From contig OZ024749.1 in assembly GCA_964016885.1 (NCBI GenBank), positions 51,770,001 through 51,834,000 on the forward strand: a stretch of 64,000 nucleotides of DNA, written 5' to 3'. A program made the translations under genes and the position numbers. This DNA is from Eledone cirrhosa. Lineage: Eukaryota. The stretch's first letter is position 1; the number at the start of each line of letters is the position of its first letter. Under the pieces are notes generated by a model. It was not told the DNA's origin, made no database searches, and worked only from the letters and a program-made list of their open reading frames with translations. Positions 30,661-44,064 of the stretch are shown in pieces.

Positions 30661-32255
30661 ATATATATGTGTGTGTGAGTGTGTAGACATATATATATAT
30701 ATACACATATGTGTGTGTGTGTGTTGTTTGTGTTTTGTGTGTGTATGATGTTGTGTTGTGTATGTGTACTTGTGTGTGTATGTGTATTATGTTGTGCTGT
30801 GTGTGTGTATTTGTGTGTTGTATTGAATGTGTGTATTCGCTTCCTAACGAACTCTTCACGGAAACAGAAGAAGCTTCGTGGATCACATCTCCCAATAAAG
30901 TGATAAGTCCCCTTTCTATTTTGATATATTGAGAAACTTACTTTCATTGTGGTTCCCTTGCAAAACTCCTCTTTATTCTGTTCTTAATAGTGCGACAGAG
31001 TTGAATGGTAATGAAAGGTAAAGTTGAGTCCACCTGGACTGGACGAACGTAGAGGGACCTAGGTGGTCCATTAATCCGTTGATCATATCAACTGGAACAC
31101 TACGTCGTCGTAACCGACGTAGTGTTCAAATCTGAGTTCAAATCTGAGTTCAAATCCTGGCTTTTCGATCTCTATTATATACATTCTTTTAAAATCATCA
31201 ATTTTGAAAAGAGAAGAAGCTGAAAGCAGACATTTAAATATAACGAAGTGCAGGTACGGGCAACAAGCAGATGTGCTTTTTTTTATTGTTTTTCAATACT
31301 TAATTGTCGCCATTTTATTTTGTTGCTGCTCAGACTGATAATTCCTTTGAGCAAATCATAGGTGTTGATGGAATAATCATCATTGATAAATTTCTGTCTG
31401 TTCAAATGACTATAGCCATTCCTCAGCAATATCTTGTGTTATCATTACTTCGTTGAGCGGTAGAAATCAATTCTTCAGGCGCCAGTCTGCTAACCTAAAT
31501 TTAGTCCCTTTTTATATGAATACATCGTACTGGAATTAATAAATATTGATATTGAAGATGACGAAAAAAAAAGAAGTTTATAGAATAATATGTGTCCCTC
31601 CAAGCCACCAGATCAAGAAAATAGAATTTGACAACATATATCTTTCTTTTTTTTTCCAAGCTCGGCCTGTCTATGGTGGAATACCAACTGTAAAAGACAA
31701 TGTCTGATAATTTTTGGAATCTATTTTCAGTAGCAAGTTAAGTATCGGGTTTTTCTCTCAATACTGGAAGTAGTTTGGAGTCATTTACAGGAAGCGATTT
31801 AGAGAAAGACATAAATTTAATCAGGGTAGATACCCCAACCCGCACCCCACCTCACCCCAACGATTCAGTTACAAATTAAACGTAATCAATATTTTCCATT
31901 AACTAGAATAGTCTGTTTTCTTTGTTAACATATTTATATTATTGAACAGAATATTTTCTTCATAGACCTTCATAGAAAATGTTAAAAACAGACATGAATA
32001 GATTCCATTTGCAAGTAAGTTTTGGTGTTGCTTAAATTGTATATCATTCAATTTTGATTGAAATTTGTTGCAGCACAGTATTTTCCATACATACATACAT
32101 ACATATATATGTGTGTACGTATATATGTATATATATATATATATATATGTGTGTGGTATACGTTATATATATATATATATATATAAGTAAAGTTTATCCG
32201 CAATATACTAAACATCTCGATAAAAATGGTTCCTAAAAGAAACTTAATTCAGAGC

Positions 32256-32312
32256 CCTGGCCTGATGATTTCTCCCGAATGAAACAGTTCTAGTCCTGTA
32301 GAAGCCGTTGCT
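32256..32312 (+). ncRNA. Family D hammerhead-like motif ending at (TA)n
   Basis: CTGATGA-T-TTC tccc GAA-T-GAAA-CAGT-TC-TAGTCCTGTAGAAG. Confidence 0.65.
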
Positions 32313-32322
32313 ATATATATAT

Positions 32323-32367
<45 letters not shown>

Positions 32368-32508
32368 ATCTTAAAACAAAAATACAGAATCACCAACGAG
32401 TAGATTTCAGTAAAATAATCTAAAATAAGAAAAACTTCAGAAACACCTTACCATAGGAGTTGAGTCTTAGTTAAGCAGCCTAAAGCTAGAGGGCTCAACA
32501 AAAACTTC

Positions 32509-32589
32509 CCTTACTGCAGTTTCATGAGCAAAAGCAAAAGAACAGCACTGACCATCTCAATATATTAAGGTGATCAATTCTGCCAGAGG
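32509..32589 (-). ncRNA. Degenerate hammerhead
   Basis: Minus strand CCT-CTGGCAGA-(long stem II region)-GAAA-CTGCAG-TA-AGG; donor-like GGTAAGG downstream. Confidence 0.45.
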
Positions 32590-32751
32590 ACTCTGATTAT
32601 TTTTTTTTATTTTATTTATCTTGTTCTATGTTCATACGAGTTATCACCAAGTCACAACCTGTGACCCCAAGAGACAACAAGGTCCGCCATGTTCAAGAAA
32701 GAACACACATACACACACATGCACCTTTAGATGTTTAAACTTGTGATGTAA

Positions 32752-32869
32752 TTATATTGACAGAATCTTCCTTAGTATTTGGGCAGTTCCCATTAGTACG
32801 ATCGTTTGTATTTCTTCTATACGCGGGTTTCCTGGGATGGATTTGGGATAAGTAATCATTAAACCCCTT
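32752..32869 (-). pseudogene. R4/Dong-like non-LTR retrotransposon C-terminal fragment (3' UTR to ~32600)
   Basis: KGFNDYLSQ/IPGNPRIEEIQTIVLMGTAQILRKILSI* with a 4-bp frameshift duplication. Confidence 0.75.
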
Positions 32870-32953
32870 ATTATTATTATCATTATTATTGTTCTTTGAT
32901 GTTATTTAACTGGAAAGTTTGTTGAAATGAATATCAAGCCGCTACTTGCAGCC

Positions 32954-33290
32954 TCAGATATTCAGGACGTATCGGAGGGTTCTTGCTGTTCCCAGCAAGC
33001 ATGCATTTTGAAGTGTTCCAAAAAGCGGGGCTGGACTAATCTTCTTTAACCATCCTTGGAAACTCTTTGAGATAGTACCTAGTGCGCCTATAACAATCGG
33101 GACGACCTTGATTTCATGGCAGTTCCAAATCCTTTTTAACTCCCACTTTAAGTCCTGGTATCGGTTAATTTTCTCCCTCTCCTTTTCTTGCACTCTCGTG
33201 TCAAATGGGCAGGCTACATCTACAATCAGGCACGATCTTTTTTCCTTGTCCAAAACCACCAGGCCAGGCCTATTGTGTTCTAATTTCTTG
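32954..33290 (-). pseudogene. R4/Dong-like non-LTR retrotransposon RLE endonuclease fragment, 3' UTR ending in (TAA)n at ~32870
   Basis: RPGLVVLDKEKRSCLIVDVACPFD..EKINRYQDLKWELKRIW..VVPIVIGALG..LQNACLLGTARTLRYVL. Confidence 0.9.
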
Positions 33291-33828
33291 TTCTAATCTC
33301 TAAATTCAGTTTTCTTAAAGAAGGTACTATGAAGAGATTTTTCATGACGGTTGCTCTTCCTCATTTAATCTTGCTACTTTGTGGTAACTCTAAACTTTGC
33401 TATATTATAACACTGAATATATGTTTATATATTACATACAAACGTAATATAAAGGTCATTATCTGTATTGTTCGATACTTGGTCATTTGATTATATTCAT
33501 CATGTAAACATTATTTATTCAAAGAATTTCCAGAAACACGAATGAAAAATTACTTTGAGACTAATTTTAGAAGAAATAATTCTGAAAGAAATTAAATACT
33601 AATCTATTATTTAGATTCTTTTATCCTCATAAAAATGTCGTCTGATGTTATCTCTTATGTTTATTTAGTTTTCATGTAGATTAGCCTTTCAAACAAGACA
33701 TAAATACGCATGCGTAGACTCACATAACCACGAACCACACACACACACAAATGCACTCTCCCTCTCTCTCTCTCACTTACACACATGCATTCTCTCTCAC
33801 ACACACACACACTCTCTCCCCTCCTCTC

Positions 33829-33882
<54 letters not shown>

Positions 33883-33982
33883 CTGTTCACTCCAAACCAT
33901 TCTACAGTGTATTTCAATGAGGTACTCTTAGAGTTTTAATATATAATCTGGGAATTTTAATGACAATATTACTACTAATAAT

Positions 33983-34167
33983 AATTGTTTCTACTTTTGG
34001 CACAAGGCCAGCAATTACCCAGTGCATTACTGGTACTTTATTTTATCGACCCCGTAAGGATGAAAGGCAAAGTTAACCTCGGCGGGATTTGAACTCAGAA
34101 TGGGAAGGGCCGTAACTTTGCGTCAAAGCATGGCGTCCGACCCTCTACTGATACTGCCAATCCACCT
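33983..34167 (-). mobile_element. tRNA-derived SINE
   Basis: Complete reverse-complement copy. Confidence 0.85.
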
Positions 34168-34174
34168 TTCTTAT

Positions 34175-34510
34175 ATAGGCACAAGGCCAGCAATTTGGGG
34201 GAAGGGAAAGTCGATTAAATCGACCCCAGTGCGTTACTGGTACTATATGTTATCGGCCCCCGTAAGGATGAAAGGCAAAGCTAACCCCGGCGGGATTTGA
34301 ACTCAGATCTGAGAACGTTAAAAGACGTAACCATATGCCGCAAAGCATATTGTCCGAATCTATACCGATACAGCCAACCCACGTCAACTTTGCCTTTCAT
34401 CGCCCCGGGATCGATATAATAAAGTACTATTCAAGTACTGGGGTTGATTGGAACAAGTTTGCCCTTCCCACAAATTTGCTGATCTTGTGTCTAAATCAGA
34501 AATCGCTATT
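34175..34510. mobile_element. Two further SINE pieces (minus 34175-34375, plus 34380-34510)
   Basis: Family body in both orientations. Confidence 0.7.
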
Positions 34511-35182
34511 TCTTAATGTCTCCGCCAACTCGTGCTGACACGGAGGAGGAGAAGAAGAAGAAGAAGAAGAAGCTCTACCTGGTACGACTCTCTCATCTCC
34601 CAGCTACCCTCTCTGTATTTAATGCAGGAGCGTTAATTACAATGTATGAACAAAGCCAAAAAATCTTTTCTTTTTGTCTTCAAGGAAGCCATCAAGTGCA
34701 AAACAGAAACTCAATTGACAGATTGACAGAAAATGAGGAGAAAAAAGTATAAAATAAATGTTCGAAAAGATTAAAATCTAAACTGTTTTCAGTTTAGATT
34801 TCCGAAATGTCATGCTATAATGACACGAAAAACTTGTAAATGATCAGTAACCTAAAAGGCTGAATTAGAAAAGGAAATATTCACAACAATGGCTACAAAA
34901 TGCTGGAATCATAGCCGAGTTAAAAAGTTTCTTAATTGCAGCCCACACCATTTTCTTTTTCTTTTTCTTGTTTGTCTTTTAATTTTTTTTATTGAGACAT
35001 AAATCAGAGTAAATTATAAAATATATGTACAGTAATGCACAATAATCATACGATCCAGCATCTAAGAGTAGACAGCAGCGTTTCTCAACCATTTTACCCT
35101 TGTGGAACTCATAAAATAACTTTCATGTCTCGGGGAATACATGCAGAAAACATTATTCTATACTATTATTAATATCAATCTC

Positions 35183-35365
35183 ATAGGGTGGTGGATTGGC
35201 AGTATCGGTAGAGGATCGGACGCCATGCTTTACAGAGTTACGGTCTTTTACGGTCTGAGTTCAATAAAATAAAGTCGATAAAATAAAGTACCAGTACAGC
35301 ACTGGGTCGATTCAATCGACTTTCCCCTTCCCTCAATTTCTGGCCTTGTGCCTATACTAGAAATC
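35183..35365 (+). mobile_element. Internally deleted tRNA-derived SINE with 18-bp TSD
   Basis: ATTATTAATATCAATCTC at 35165-35182 and 35366-35383. Confidence 0.85.
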
Positions 35366-35419
35366 ATTATTAATATCAATCTCTTTTATAATAACCAAAG
35401 ATTTTCCAACAATTTGTCG

Positions 35420-35790
35420 TACGATCGTAATGTCGTCGGTTCGATTCCTGGAGAAACTGCTGTGTTATATTCTTGAGCAAAGCACTTTATTTCACGTTGC
35501 TCCAATATAATCAACTGAGAGTGAGTATCAGCAGTAGCTGAGGAGTTAATCCTGTGATAGACCGACGTCCTATCCAGGAGGGGTCTTGTACTCTCAGTCG
35601 CTTAACGCCAAGGAAACCGGAGATAAGCACCAGCCTGCTCTCGTATAGTCAGCTAAGAGTGATTACCAGCAGTAGCTGGGGAGTTAATCCTGTGATAGAC
35701 CGGCGTCCTATCCAAGAAGGGTCTTGTACTCTCAGTCGCTTAACGCCAAGGAAACAACGGATGAACACCAGCCTGATAAGCCTTCAGCTT
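35420..35790 (+). mobile_element. CORE-like SINE with duplicated 3' module
   Basis: B box GGTTCGATTCC; TTCTTGAGCAAAGCACTTTATTTCAC; GAGTTAATCCTGTGATAGACC..AAGGAAAC occurs twice. Confidence 0.7.
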
Positions 35791-36582
35791 AGAATAAACT
35801 TTAACTTAACTAACTTAAGGTGCAGATAAAAGGGAAGTAATCAGCAGTTAAAACTACATCGCAATCATGACTTGGCGAGAATTAATCATATTTTGGTTTA
35901 AAGTACACACAAAAAAATAATATATATTATATCATGAAAAGATTAGTTGAGAAAACATTGTAATACACAGTCATATGGAGAAAGCGATCACCAAGTCAGA
36001 CTTTTATAAATGAGTATCACATGCTTACACAGTATTTGAACACTGAATAAATAATACTTACAAGCTATTGTAAATATGTTTGCAGATTTTTAAGATTGCA
36101 AAGTGCTACAATCAGGAAATCGATGTTTAAGCGAGAGATTGATATCTCTATACCATTTCCCTCATCAGGAAGACATATGTACACATCTGCGTCGCCTTGT
36201 AAAACAATTTGTCACTCATTAATACAACTCATTTGTTCTTAAAACGAAGGTATTTTGTTTAGGTTTTTTTTTTGGGGGGGGGGGGGTTGTATGGGTTTCA
36301 CTTAACTCGTAAAACATGGTGTTATTATTAAATCCAACGAGACTTCATTTCTTCATCTCAGCAAACTTCCTGTCAACGCGACGTTTTATATCTAAATAAG
36401 ATATTATATATGACATTATTATTACTACCGGACATTATCAGATATGTGAAAGTATTCCTAATCATCGTATTTTGAAATTGTAACAATTCTACATTAGAAC
36501 TTCACTTTCTTTCGAGTAATTCCGTCACAAAGGTTTTAATGTTTCTCAGAGAAAAATTAGATAAAAGGTATAACCCCTTTCT

Positions 36583-36658
<76 letters not shown>

Positions 36659-36899
36659 GTATCATAATATATTATATTATATCATATTATACTGTATTAT
36701 ATTATACTGTATTATATTATACTGTATTATATTATACTGTATTATATTATGGTGTATTATATTATGGTGTATTATATTATACATATATAAGAAGAAGAAG
36801 AAGTAGAAGATTTATATATTTAATCAATAACAGCATTTGCCAAGACGAAATAATCTTGCCTATTTAATATAATACACGCTTCAACAAGGAACAGTGGTC

Positions 36900-36949
<50 letters not shown>

Positions 36950-37635
36950 ATATATATACATAAACACATTCACACACACACACACGTGTGTATATATATA
37001 TATGTATATATAGATATTAAATGTCGAAAAGAAACGACATCATAGAGGCTAGATACAATAAAGTGAGGGCGGTAGCTAGTAGCTATTTGCATGAAAGAGC
37101 TGTGTATAGTTATTATGTGAATAAGGAGGGGGAAATAATTGTAGGAAATTATAAGGAATTATTGAAATGTTCTATGTTAATACATTTTAATCAGTCAGGC
37201 CTGACAGGAAAGATTTAGATACATTTGATTGAATTTAGCAATTGTATTCTTGTTTCAAAAAGATGATTCTATTTTGCATGTCTAACTCTATCTCAGTATA
37301 AAGCTGTCTATCAAAGTATCGGTCTCGCGAGACCAAGTGTATTTATGCTGTGATATCAACAACCGACTATTTTGAAGGTTTTGCGGTGGGGGGGGGGGGG
37401 TTAATCAGTACAAATGTTTTGAGATCATCGAATTTCATTATTTATCAAATTATAAAATTAAAATTCAAGATCAATTTTTTTTTTTTTCTATAGATTTATT
37501 AAATTCAGTATCCAATTCTTCAACTCTTCATTTTAACTGTCGAAATATTGATATAGCAGCTTTCTATTGTGGTATCATATTCATCCAAATTAATTTGAAT
37601 TAACTAAAGAAAAGAAATATATTTTAGATGTGAGA

Positions 37636-37831
37636 AAAACCACAGACCCTCCATCTCAACTCTATTTTGAAAAGCAGAAGAACTGCGAAACCGGTAAAGG
37701 AACCAAATAATATTTTTTTTTTTTAAATAAGACTCCAGTTGCATTTTCGATTTCATCTTTTTTTCTTTATACTTTCACTCGTGTAGGACACCTCGGTTAT
37801 TTTTTATTTTGTAAAAAAACCTCACTTTCTA

Positions 37832-37832
<1 letters not shown>
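37636..37832 (+). mobile_element. Family M element with variant hammerhead, 3' end at (TA)n
   Basis: TTGAAAA-GCAG aagaa CTGC-GAAA-CCGG-TA-AAGG (37667-37700); inverted copy at 43622-43823. Confidence 0.7.
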
Positions 37833-37899
<67 letters not shown>

Positions 37900-38008
37900 C
37901 AATAAGTAAATCGGACAACAGGTATATTTCATCTTTCGAACTGAGGATTTTATCTTCTTTTAACTTCTTTCACCTTACCAAAAATAATAGTAGACTGCTC
38001 CATTATAA

Positions 38009-38093
<85 letters not shown>

Positions 38094-38513
38094 CTCTAAA
38101 GTATGTCCATAGAATCATTTGATAATATATATACACCATTTCCTCTCCCAATTAGCATAATTAACCACACAAAAAATCAATTAGACCAGGCTATAAGATT
38201 AAAAGGCACCTATGAAGAAATAGTAAATAAATAAACGACAGCAATCTCTTCGCGGCCAACCGCCATAGAATATTTACCCAACATTTCAACAGCACGTGGA
38301 AATCGATTAAATATACGGTCAACCATACACAATTAGGTATAAAATTAAAGTTAGAAATGCTTATATACATACCCGGATTATATATATGTATATAAGAGAG
38401 AGAGAGATAAAAATATATTTATTAATCATTATTTTTCTGGTTAAGAAATTTGCTGACTACCCACAGTTCAATCTCATTTCACAACTCTTTTAACAACGTT
38501 TTTAAGTCTCTCA

Positions 38514-38753
38514 TAACTATCTATCATGCCTTCGGTTGACCTTTTGGTACAGATCTAAGATTTTTTATTAGAGAAACAAACCAAAGCAATCCAAGCTCTT
38601 GATCTTTCAGGTTGCTCAATCAGCTGATTGTGCGGATCAAACTGTGATCTTTCGGCCTCTCCGCATTACATATGTCTTATATCAAAGGTCCTCATGCGCA
38701 ATTCTTCCGGTAGTGTGTCTTGAAACCTTGAGCTCCTTAGCAATAACACTAAT
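38514..38753 (-). pseudogene. Decayed Tc1/mariner-superfamily transposase fragment (HTH to first catalytic Asp region)
   Basis: Manual translation across frameshifts: ISVIAKELKVSRHTTGRIAHEDL*YKTYVMRRG / LIRTIS*LSNLKDQELGLLWF-FSNKK / DLYQKVNRRHDR*L. Confidence 0.75.
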
Positions 38754-38847
38754 TGATTTATCGTTTATGTGTGTATGTATGTGTGTATGTATTTATGTAT
38801 ACACGTGTCCTTGAATATGGTTTGCTTATTTGTTGTGAACTAACTCC

Positions 38848-38926
<79 letters not shown>

Positions 38927-38973
38927 TATAACATTTCATTTAGAGTTAACTAACTATATAGAATGACACCCCC

Positions 38974-39025
38974 TGCCTGACGACGTCATAAAATATATTG
39001 TGGTAGAACCAGTGGGCCCAAGGCA
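38974..39025 (+). ncRNA. Degenerate hammerhead near (TA)n
   Basis: TGC-CTGACGA-C-GTCATAA aatata TTGTGGT-A-GAA-CC agt GG..GGCA; one A of GAAA missing. Confidence 0.4.
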
Positions 39026-39209
39026 ATATAACTAAAGTACTTGCTTTTAGCTGTGTTCTATTAACAAATGTTATAAACAATATCAACAATATATTCCAAA
39101 GATATCATATAATGAGACTGGGTGACAAATATTGTTGGCCAGCAGCCAATTACTGGCATATAAAGTTGAAACACTTGTCATAAAATAAATTTTTAATATT
39201 CATGTGAAA

Positions 39210-39366
39210 TTGTTAGTTGTTGCTGTTGATGTTGTTGTTGTTGTGGCTGGAATTGTTGTTGTTGCTGTTGTTGTGGTTGTAGTTGTTGCTGTTGTTGTTG
39301 CTGTTGTTGTGGTTGTAGTTGTTGCTGGAGTTGTTGTTGTTGTTGGTGGTGGTGGTGGTGGTTGGA

Positions 39367-39398
<32 letters not shown>

Positions 39399-39662
39399 TG
39401 GTGGTGGTGGTGGTTGTAGTTGGTGTTGTTGGTGGTGGTGATGGTGGTTGTGGTGGTTGTAGTTGGTGTTGTTGGTGGTGGTGATGGTGGTTGTGGTGGT
39501 TGTTGCTGGAGTTGTTGTTGTTGTTGTGGTTGTAGTAGTTGTGGTTTTTATTGGAGTTGTTGCTGTAGTTGAAGTTGTTGTTGTTGTTGTTGTTACTATT
39601 GTTGTTCTGGTTGTTGCTGTTGCTGCTATTTCTGTTGTGGTTGTTGTTACTGTTGCTGCTGC

Positions 39663-39705
<43 letters not shown>

Positions 39706-39895
39706 GGTATTGCTGCTGTTGTTGCTGTTGTTGTAGTTGTTGTTGTTATTGTTACTGTTGCTGCTGCTGCTGTTGTAGTAGTAGTTGTTGTTGTTGTTGT
39801 TGTTGTTGTTGGTATCGCTGCTGTTGTTGCTGTTGTTGTAGTTGTTGTTGTTATTGTTACTGTTGCTGCTGCTGCTATTGTAGTAGTAGTAGTAG

Positions 39896-39927
<32 letters not shown>

Positions 39928-40137
39928 GCTGTTGTTGTAGCTACTACTGTAGTTGTTGTGTTTGTTACTGTCGTTGTCGTTGTTGTTGTTGTTACTACTG
40001 TTGTTGTTGTAGTTGTTTGCGTTATTGCTGTTGTTGTTGATGATGATGATGTTGCTGTTGTTGTAACTGTTGATGTTTTAGTTGTTGTTCGTGTAGTTGT
40101 TTTAGTTGTTGTGATTGCTGTTGTTGATGTTTTTGTT

Positions 40138-40189
<52 letters not shown>

Positions 40190-40201
40190 CTGTTGTTGCT
40201 T

Positions 40202-40249
<48 letters not shown>

Positions 40250-40250
40250 T
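39210..40250. repeat. (GTT/GCT/GGT/GTA)n trinucleotide field
   Basis: Seen directly. Confidence 0.95.
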
Positions 40251-40608
40251 CTCCAAAACCTCGAAGTGCGGGGGGCGGTTGGCGAGGATGATGACGACGA
40301 GAAGAAGAAAAGGACAGATGGAGTTGGCGAAGATATTTACTACACTGCTCATAAAAGAAGCGCATCTTGGTATGAAAAGGAACGAGATGATATGACTTGC
40401 TATTTCATAATTACCTTCCATAGTCCAACATATATAATATTTGGTTAGTTAAGTTATTATATAAACTATAAGAGAATAGTCAGAAACAGTAGCACTTAAG
40501 TACAATTATGATATCTATATATTCTTGTTTACATATGTAGATAAATATTCTTGTCTATGAGCAATATGTTATGTACAGAAGTATACATATATACATGTAT
40601 ATATATAT

Positions 40609-40665
<57 letters not shown>

Positions 40666-40750
40666 ATATGCGTGTATCTCTATCTGTTTGTATGTATATT
40701 TGTATGCATGCATGTGTATATATATATATATATATATATATGTACTTTCT

Positions 40751-40790
40751 CAGAGTTCTTTCGTCACACATCTGTGACATCATCAGATGT
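40751..40790 (-). ncRNA. Type I hammerhead motif in an ~80-bp insert within microsatellite
   Basis: CAT-CTGATGA-T-GTCACA gatg TGTGAC-GAAA-GAAC-TC-TG; stem I is short. Confidence 0.7.
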
Positions 40791-40842
40791 CACAGGTGAA
40801 TATTATCACTTGCCAGAAATATATGTATATTTGTATGCATGC

Positions 40843-40884
<42 letters not shown>

Positions 40885-40886
<2 letters not shown>

Positions 40887-41075
40887 CGAAGGAAATGTGG
40901 TAAGGAACCAGGTGGACCATAACGCACCAAAGTACTCAATACTTGGGGTAGTAGAGTGGGTAATAGGAACCAGTAAGACCCCGACGGCTGAGCTCAAGCC
41001 GTTTCGACGGCTAATTCTCAGAATTAGCCGTCGAAACGGCTTGAGCTCAGCCGTCGGGGTCTTACTGGTTCCTAT
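40885..41075 (-). mobile_element. Family E fold-back element: perfect 56-bp arms (40963-41018 / 41020-41075) plus tail
   Basis: Palindrome with 1-nt loop, (TA)n on both sides; five copies in the window. Confidence 0.9.
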
Positions 41076-41107
41076 ATATATATATATATATATATACATG
41101 CATGCAA

Positions 41108-41147
<40 letters not shown>

Positions 41148-41339
41148 GCATGCAAATATACATACAAACAGACAGACAGACACGCATATATACATATATA
41201 CGTACATATATACACGCATATACACATACGTATATACACACAAGCATGCATACATCATACGTATATGTATATATATATACATCCAAATACACACACACAC
41301 ACACGCATATATATATATATATGTATATATATATGTTCT

Positions 41340-41557
41340 AGTCGATCGACTTTCGTCAAATCGGACCGAGGAAACTATGTTTCAGTTGGTCTTTCCAATT
41401 GCTAATACTATCTATCGGTCGCAACTCCAGGTAGAAGGAGCAACGTGAAATAAAGTGTCTTGCTCAAGGACATAACGCATCGCCTGGTTCAGGAATCGAA
41501 CTCACAACCTCACGATTGTGAATCCAATACTCTAACCACTCAGCCACACGCCTTCAC
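41340..41557 (-). mobile_element. CORE-like tRNA-derived SINE
   Basis: Reverse complement GGCTGAGTGGTTAGAG..GAGTTCGATTCC..TGTCCTTGAGCAAGACAC. Confidence 0.75.
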
Positions 41558-41558
41558 A

Positions 41559-41589
<31 letters not shown>

Positions 41590-41799
41590 TCACGCATACC
41601 CACATATGTGCTCTTATCAATTACCTTAAATCTATAAGATTTATTAATCAATATCCATTAATATTATGTTTTATATAACTACACACACATACACATACAT
41701 ACGCAAACACATCACTCACACACACACACATACACCGCCCCCACACCACCACCATCACAAACACACATAGACACACACTCCATCTACACTACAAACACA

Positions 41800-42180
41800 C
41801 ACACCACCACCACCACCACCACCACCACCACCACCATCACCACCCCTCCATCACCACCACCACCACCACCATCACCACCACCATCACCACCACCAACGCC
41901 ATCACCACCATCATCACCACCACCATCACCACCATCACCACCACCACCATCACCACCACCTCCATCACCACCACCATCACCATCACCACCATCACCACCA
42001 CCTCCATTACCACCTCGACCACCATCACCACCATCACCACCACCACCACCACCATCACCACCACCTCCATCACCACCACCACCACCATCACCACCATCAC
42101 CATCACCACCACCACCACCATCACCACCATCACCACCACCATCACCACTACCGCCATCACCACCACCATCACCACCAACA
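41800..42180. repeat. (CAC/CAT)n trinucleotide field
   Basis: Seen directly. Confidence 0.95.
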
Positions 42181-42389
42181 CACACAGAATGACAGAACTA
42201 CACATTTCTATCTATTTTTCTGAAAGGTTTAGCTCTGAGGCATAAAGAAGTCATTTATTTATTTACTTATTTTGTTTTATCTTTGTATGTTACCGAATCT
42301 GTGCTATTACTAATTCTGGGACTTCTGTGATGTTAATATATTAAGACACATACATACATGTATGTGTCTCAGAACTCGTGAATGAGTCG

Positions 42390-42620
42390 TAGGGGCGCCG
42401 TGTTGCCATACGGAGTTTCTATGGCATTTTTCTTCTTTTATAACTTGTCGGAGCCCATCTCCTCTCCAAGCCTGAATACAGCAGATTTTCTTTTTCAAAG
42501 AAGGATAGAGAGAGTGAGAAAAAGATGTGATGTAAACATCGATCCCAGTACTAGACTGGTACTTGTTTATTGACCGCGAATGGACGACAGGCAAATTTGA
42601 CCTCAACGGGATTTAAACCG
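42390..42620 (-). mobile_element. Long-tailed SINE, partial
   Basis: Tail CAGCAGATTTTC and body GGCAAATTTGACCTC. Confidence 0.6.
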
Positions 42621-42624
42621 GAAT

Positions 42625-42813
42625 CTTTCATGGCTGACCATGAAAGAGTGATGCTAGGGATGTAAAAATCTTGCTGCATTCATTAATTTCAACTCTTTTT
42701 TTTTATTAATAAATGTATAGTTTCTTTCCATACTGTGTTGAAAAATAAACTGCATTTGGTCATTGAATTAAAGTATCTTGGTCAGCCTACGAACTTTTCA
42801 GTCGACCCTCGTA
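42625..42813 (+). mobile_element. Mariner-type MITE
   Basis: Ends GAACTTTTCAGTCGACCCTCG-TA. Confidence 0.75.
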
Positions 42814-43347
42814 CTAGGAAGCAACACACATTTATAATATGATGTCTATCGAATTTCCTTGTGCGACTTGAGTGTCTTATCCAATGTACTGTAAATATCC
42901 TCATTTCATGACAAATTCAAAAAAGACATACTATTACATTTACACAGTGTAAAACATAAGAGTTCGTAGAAATGAAAAAAATTTATAGCATTCTTGAAAT
43001 TATTTTTAAAAAGCCAGCAAGAAACCTGGTGCATATTCTCAATAAGTATATATTACTTATACATGTCAGTTTTATATATAGGAATTATTTATTGGCTTTA
43101 TTTGTTAGAGAAACGTTTAAGTCGTACATTTCTTTTCATAAGAGAAGTTTCCATTTTCAAATTAGTATTTTGTTTCACAAACACACACACACAGACACAC
43201 GCATATATATATATATATATATACATACATACATACACACACACGTATATATATACATACACACATACATATATATATATATATACACACATACTTAAAC
43301 GAGAACAACCTAATAACCCATAACCCTGTATTGACATATATACATAC

Positions 43348-43375
<28 letters not shown>

Positions 43376-43378
<3 letters not shown>

Positions 43379-43568
43379 GGAAAAAGTATGACCTCGACGG
43401 CAGAGCTCAAGCCGTTTCGACGGCTATTTCTGGACACAGAAATAGGTGTCGAAACGGCTTGAGCTCTGCCGTCAGGATCGTACTTTTTCCCATTTCCCAC
43501 TCTACTACCCTAAGTATTGAGTACTCTGGTGCGTTATGGTCCATCTGTTTCCTTATCACAACTCCTTC

Positions 43569-43572
<4 letters not shown>
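43376..43572 (+). mobile_element. Family E fold-back element (diverged arms, tail to the right)
   Basis: Arms ~43379-43432 / 43437-43490 with several mismatches; tail with TTGAGTAC. Confidence 0.9.
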
Positions 43573-43621
<49 letters not shown>

Positions 43622-43629
<8 letters not shown>

Positions 43630-43823
43630 GTGAGGGTTTTTTTACAAAATGAAAAATAACCGAGGTGTCCTACACGAGTGAAAGTATAAAGAAAAACAGA
43701 TGAAATCGAAAATGCAACAGGAGTCTTATTTTAAAAAAAATATATTTATTTATTTGGTTCCTTTACCAGTTTCGCAGTTCTTCTGCTTTTCAAAAGGTGA
43801 GTTGAGATGGAGGGCCTGTGGTT
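43622..43823 (-). mobile_element. Family M element between (TA)n tracts
   Basis: Minus strand CCTT-TTGAAAA-GCAG aagaa CTGC-GAAA-CTGG-TA-AAGG (43760-43797). Confidence 0.7.
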
Positions 43824-43880
43824 TATATATATATATATATACTTCATATATATATATATACTTCATATATATATATACTT

Positions 43881-44064
43881 CGGTGAATTGGCAGTATCGG
43901 TGGAGGGTCGGACGCCATGCTTTCCAGCATAGTTACGTCCCTTTACGATCTGAGTTCAAATCCCGCCGAGGTTGACTTTGCCTTTCATCCTTACGGGGTC
44001 GATAAAATAAAGTACCAGTAATGCACTGGGTAATTGCTGGCCTTGTGCCTAAAGTAGAAACAAA
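43881..44064 (+). mobile_element. tRNA-derived SINE with ~13-bp TSD (ATATATATACTTC)
   Basis: Nearly identical to 5456-5646. Confidence 0.85.
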
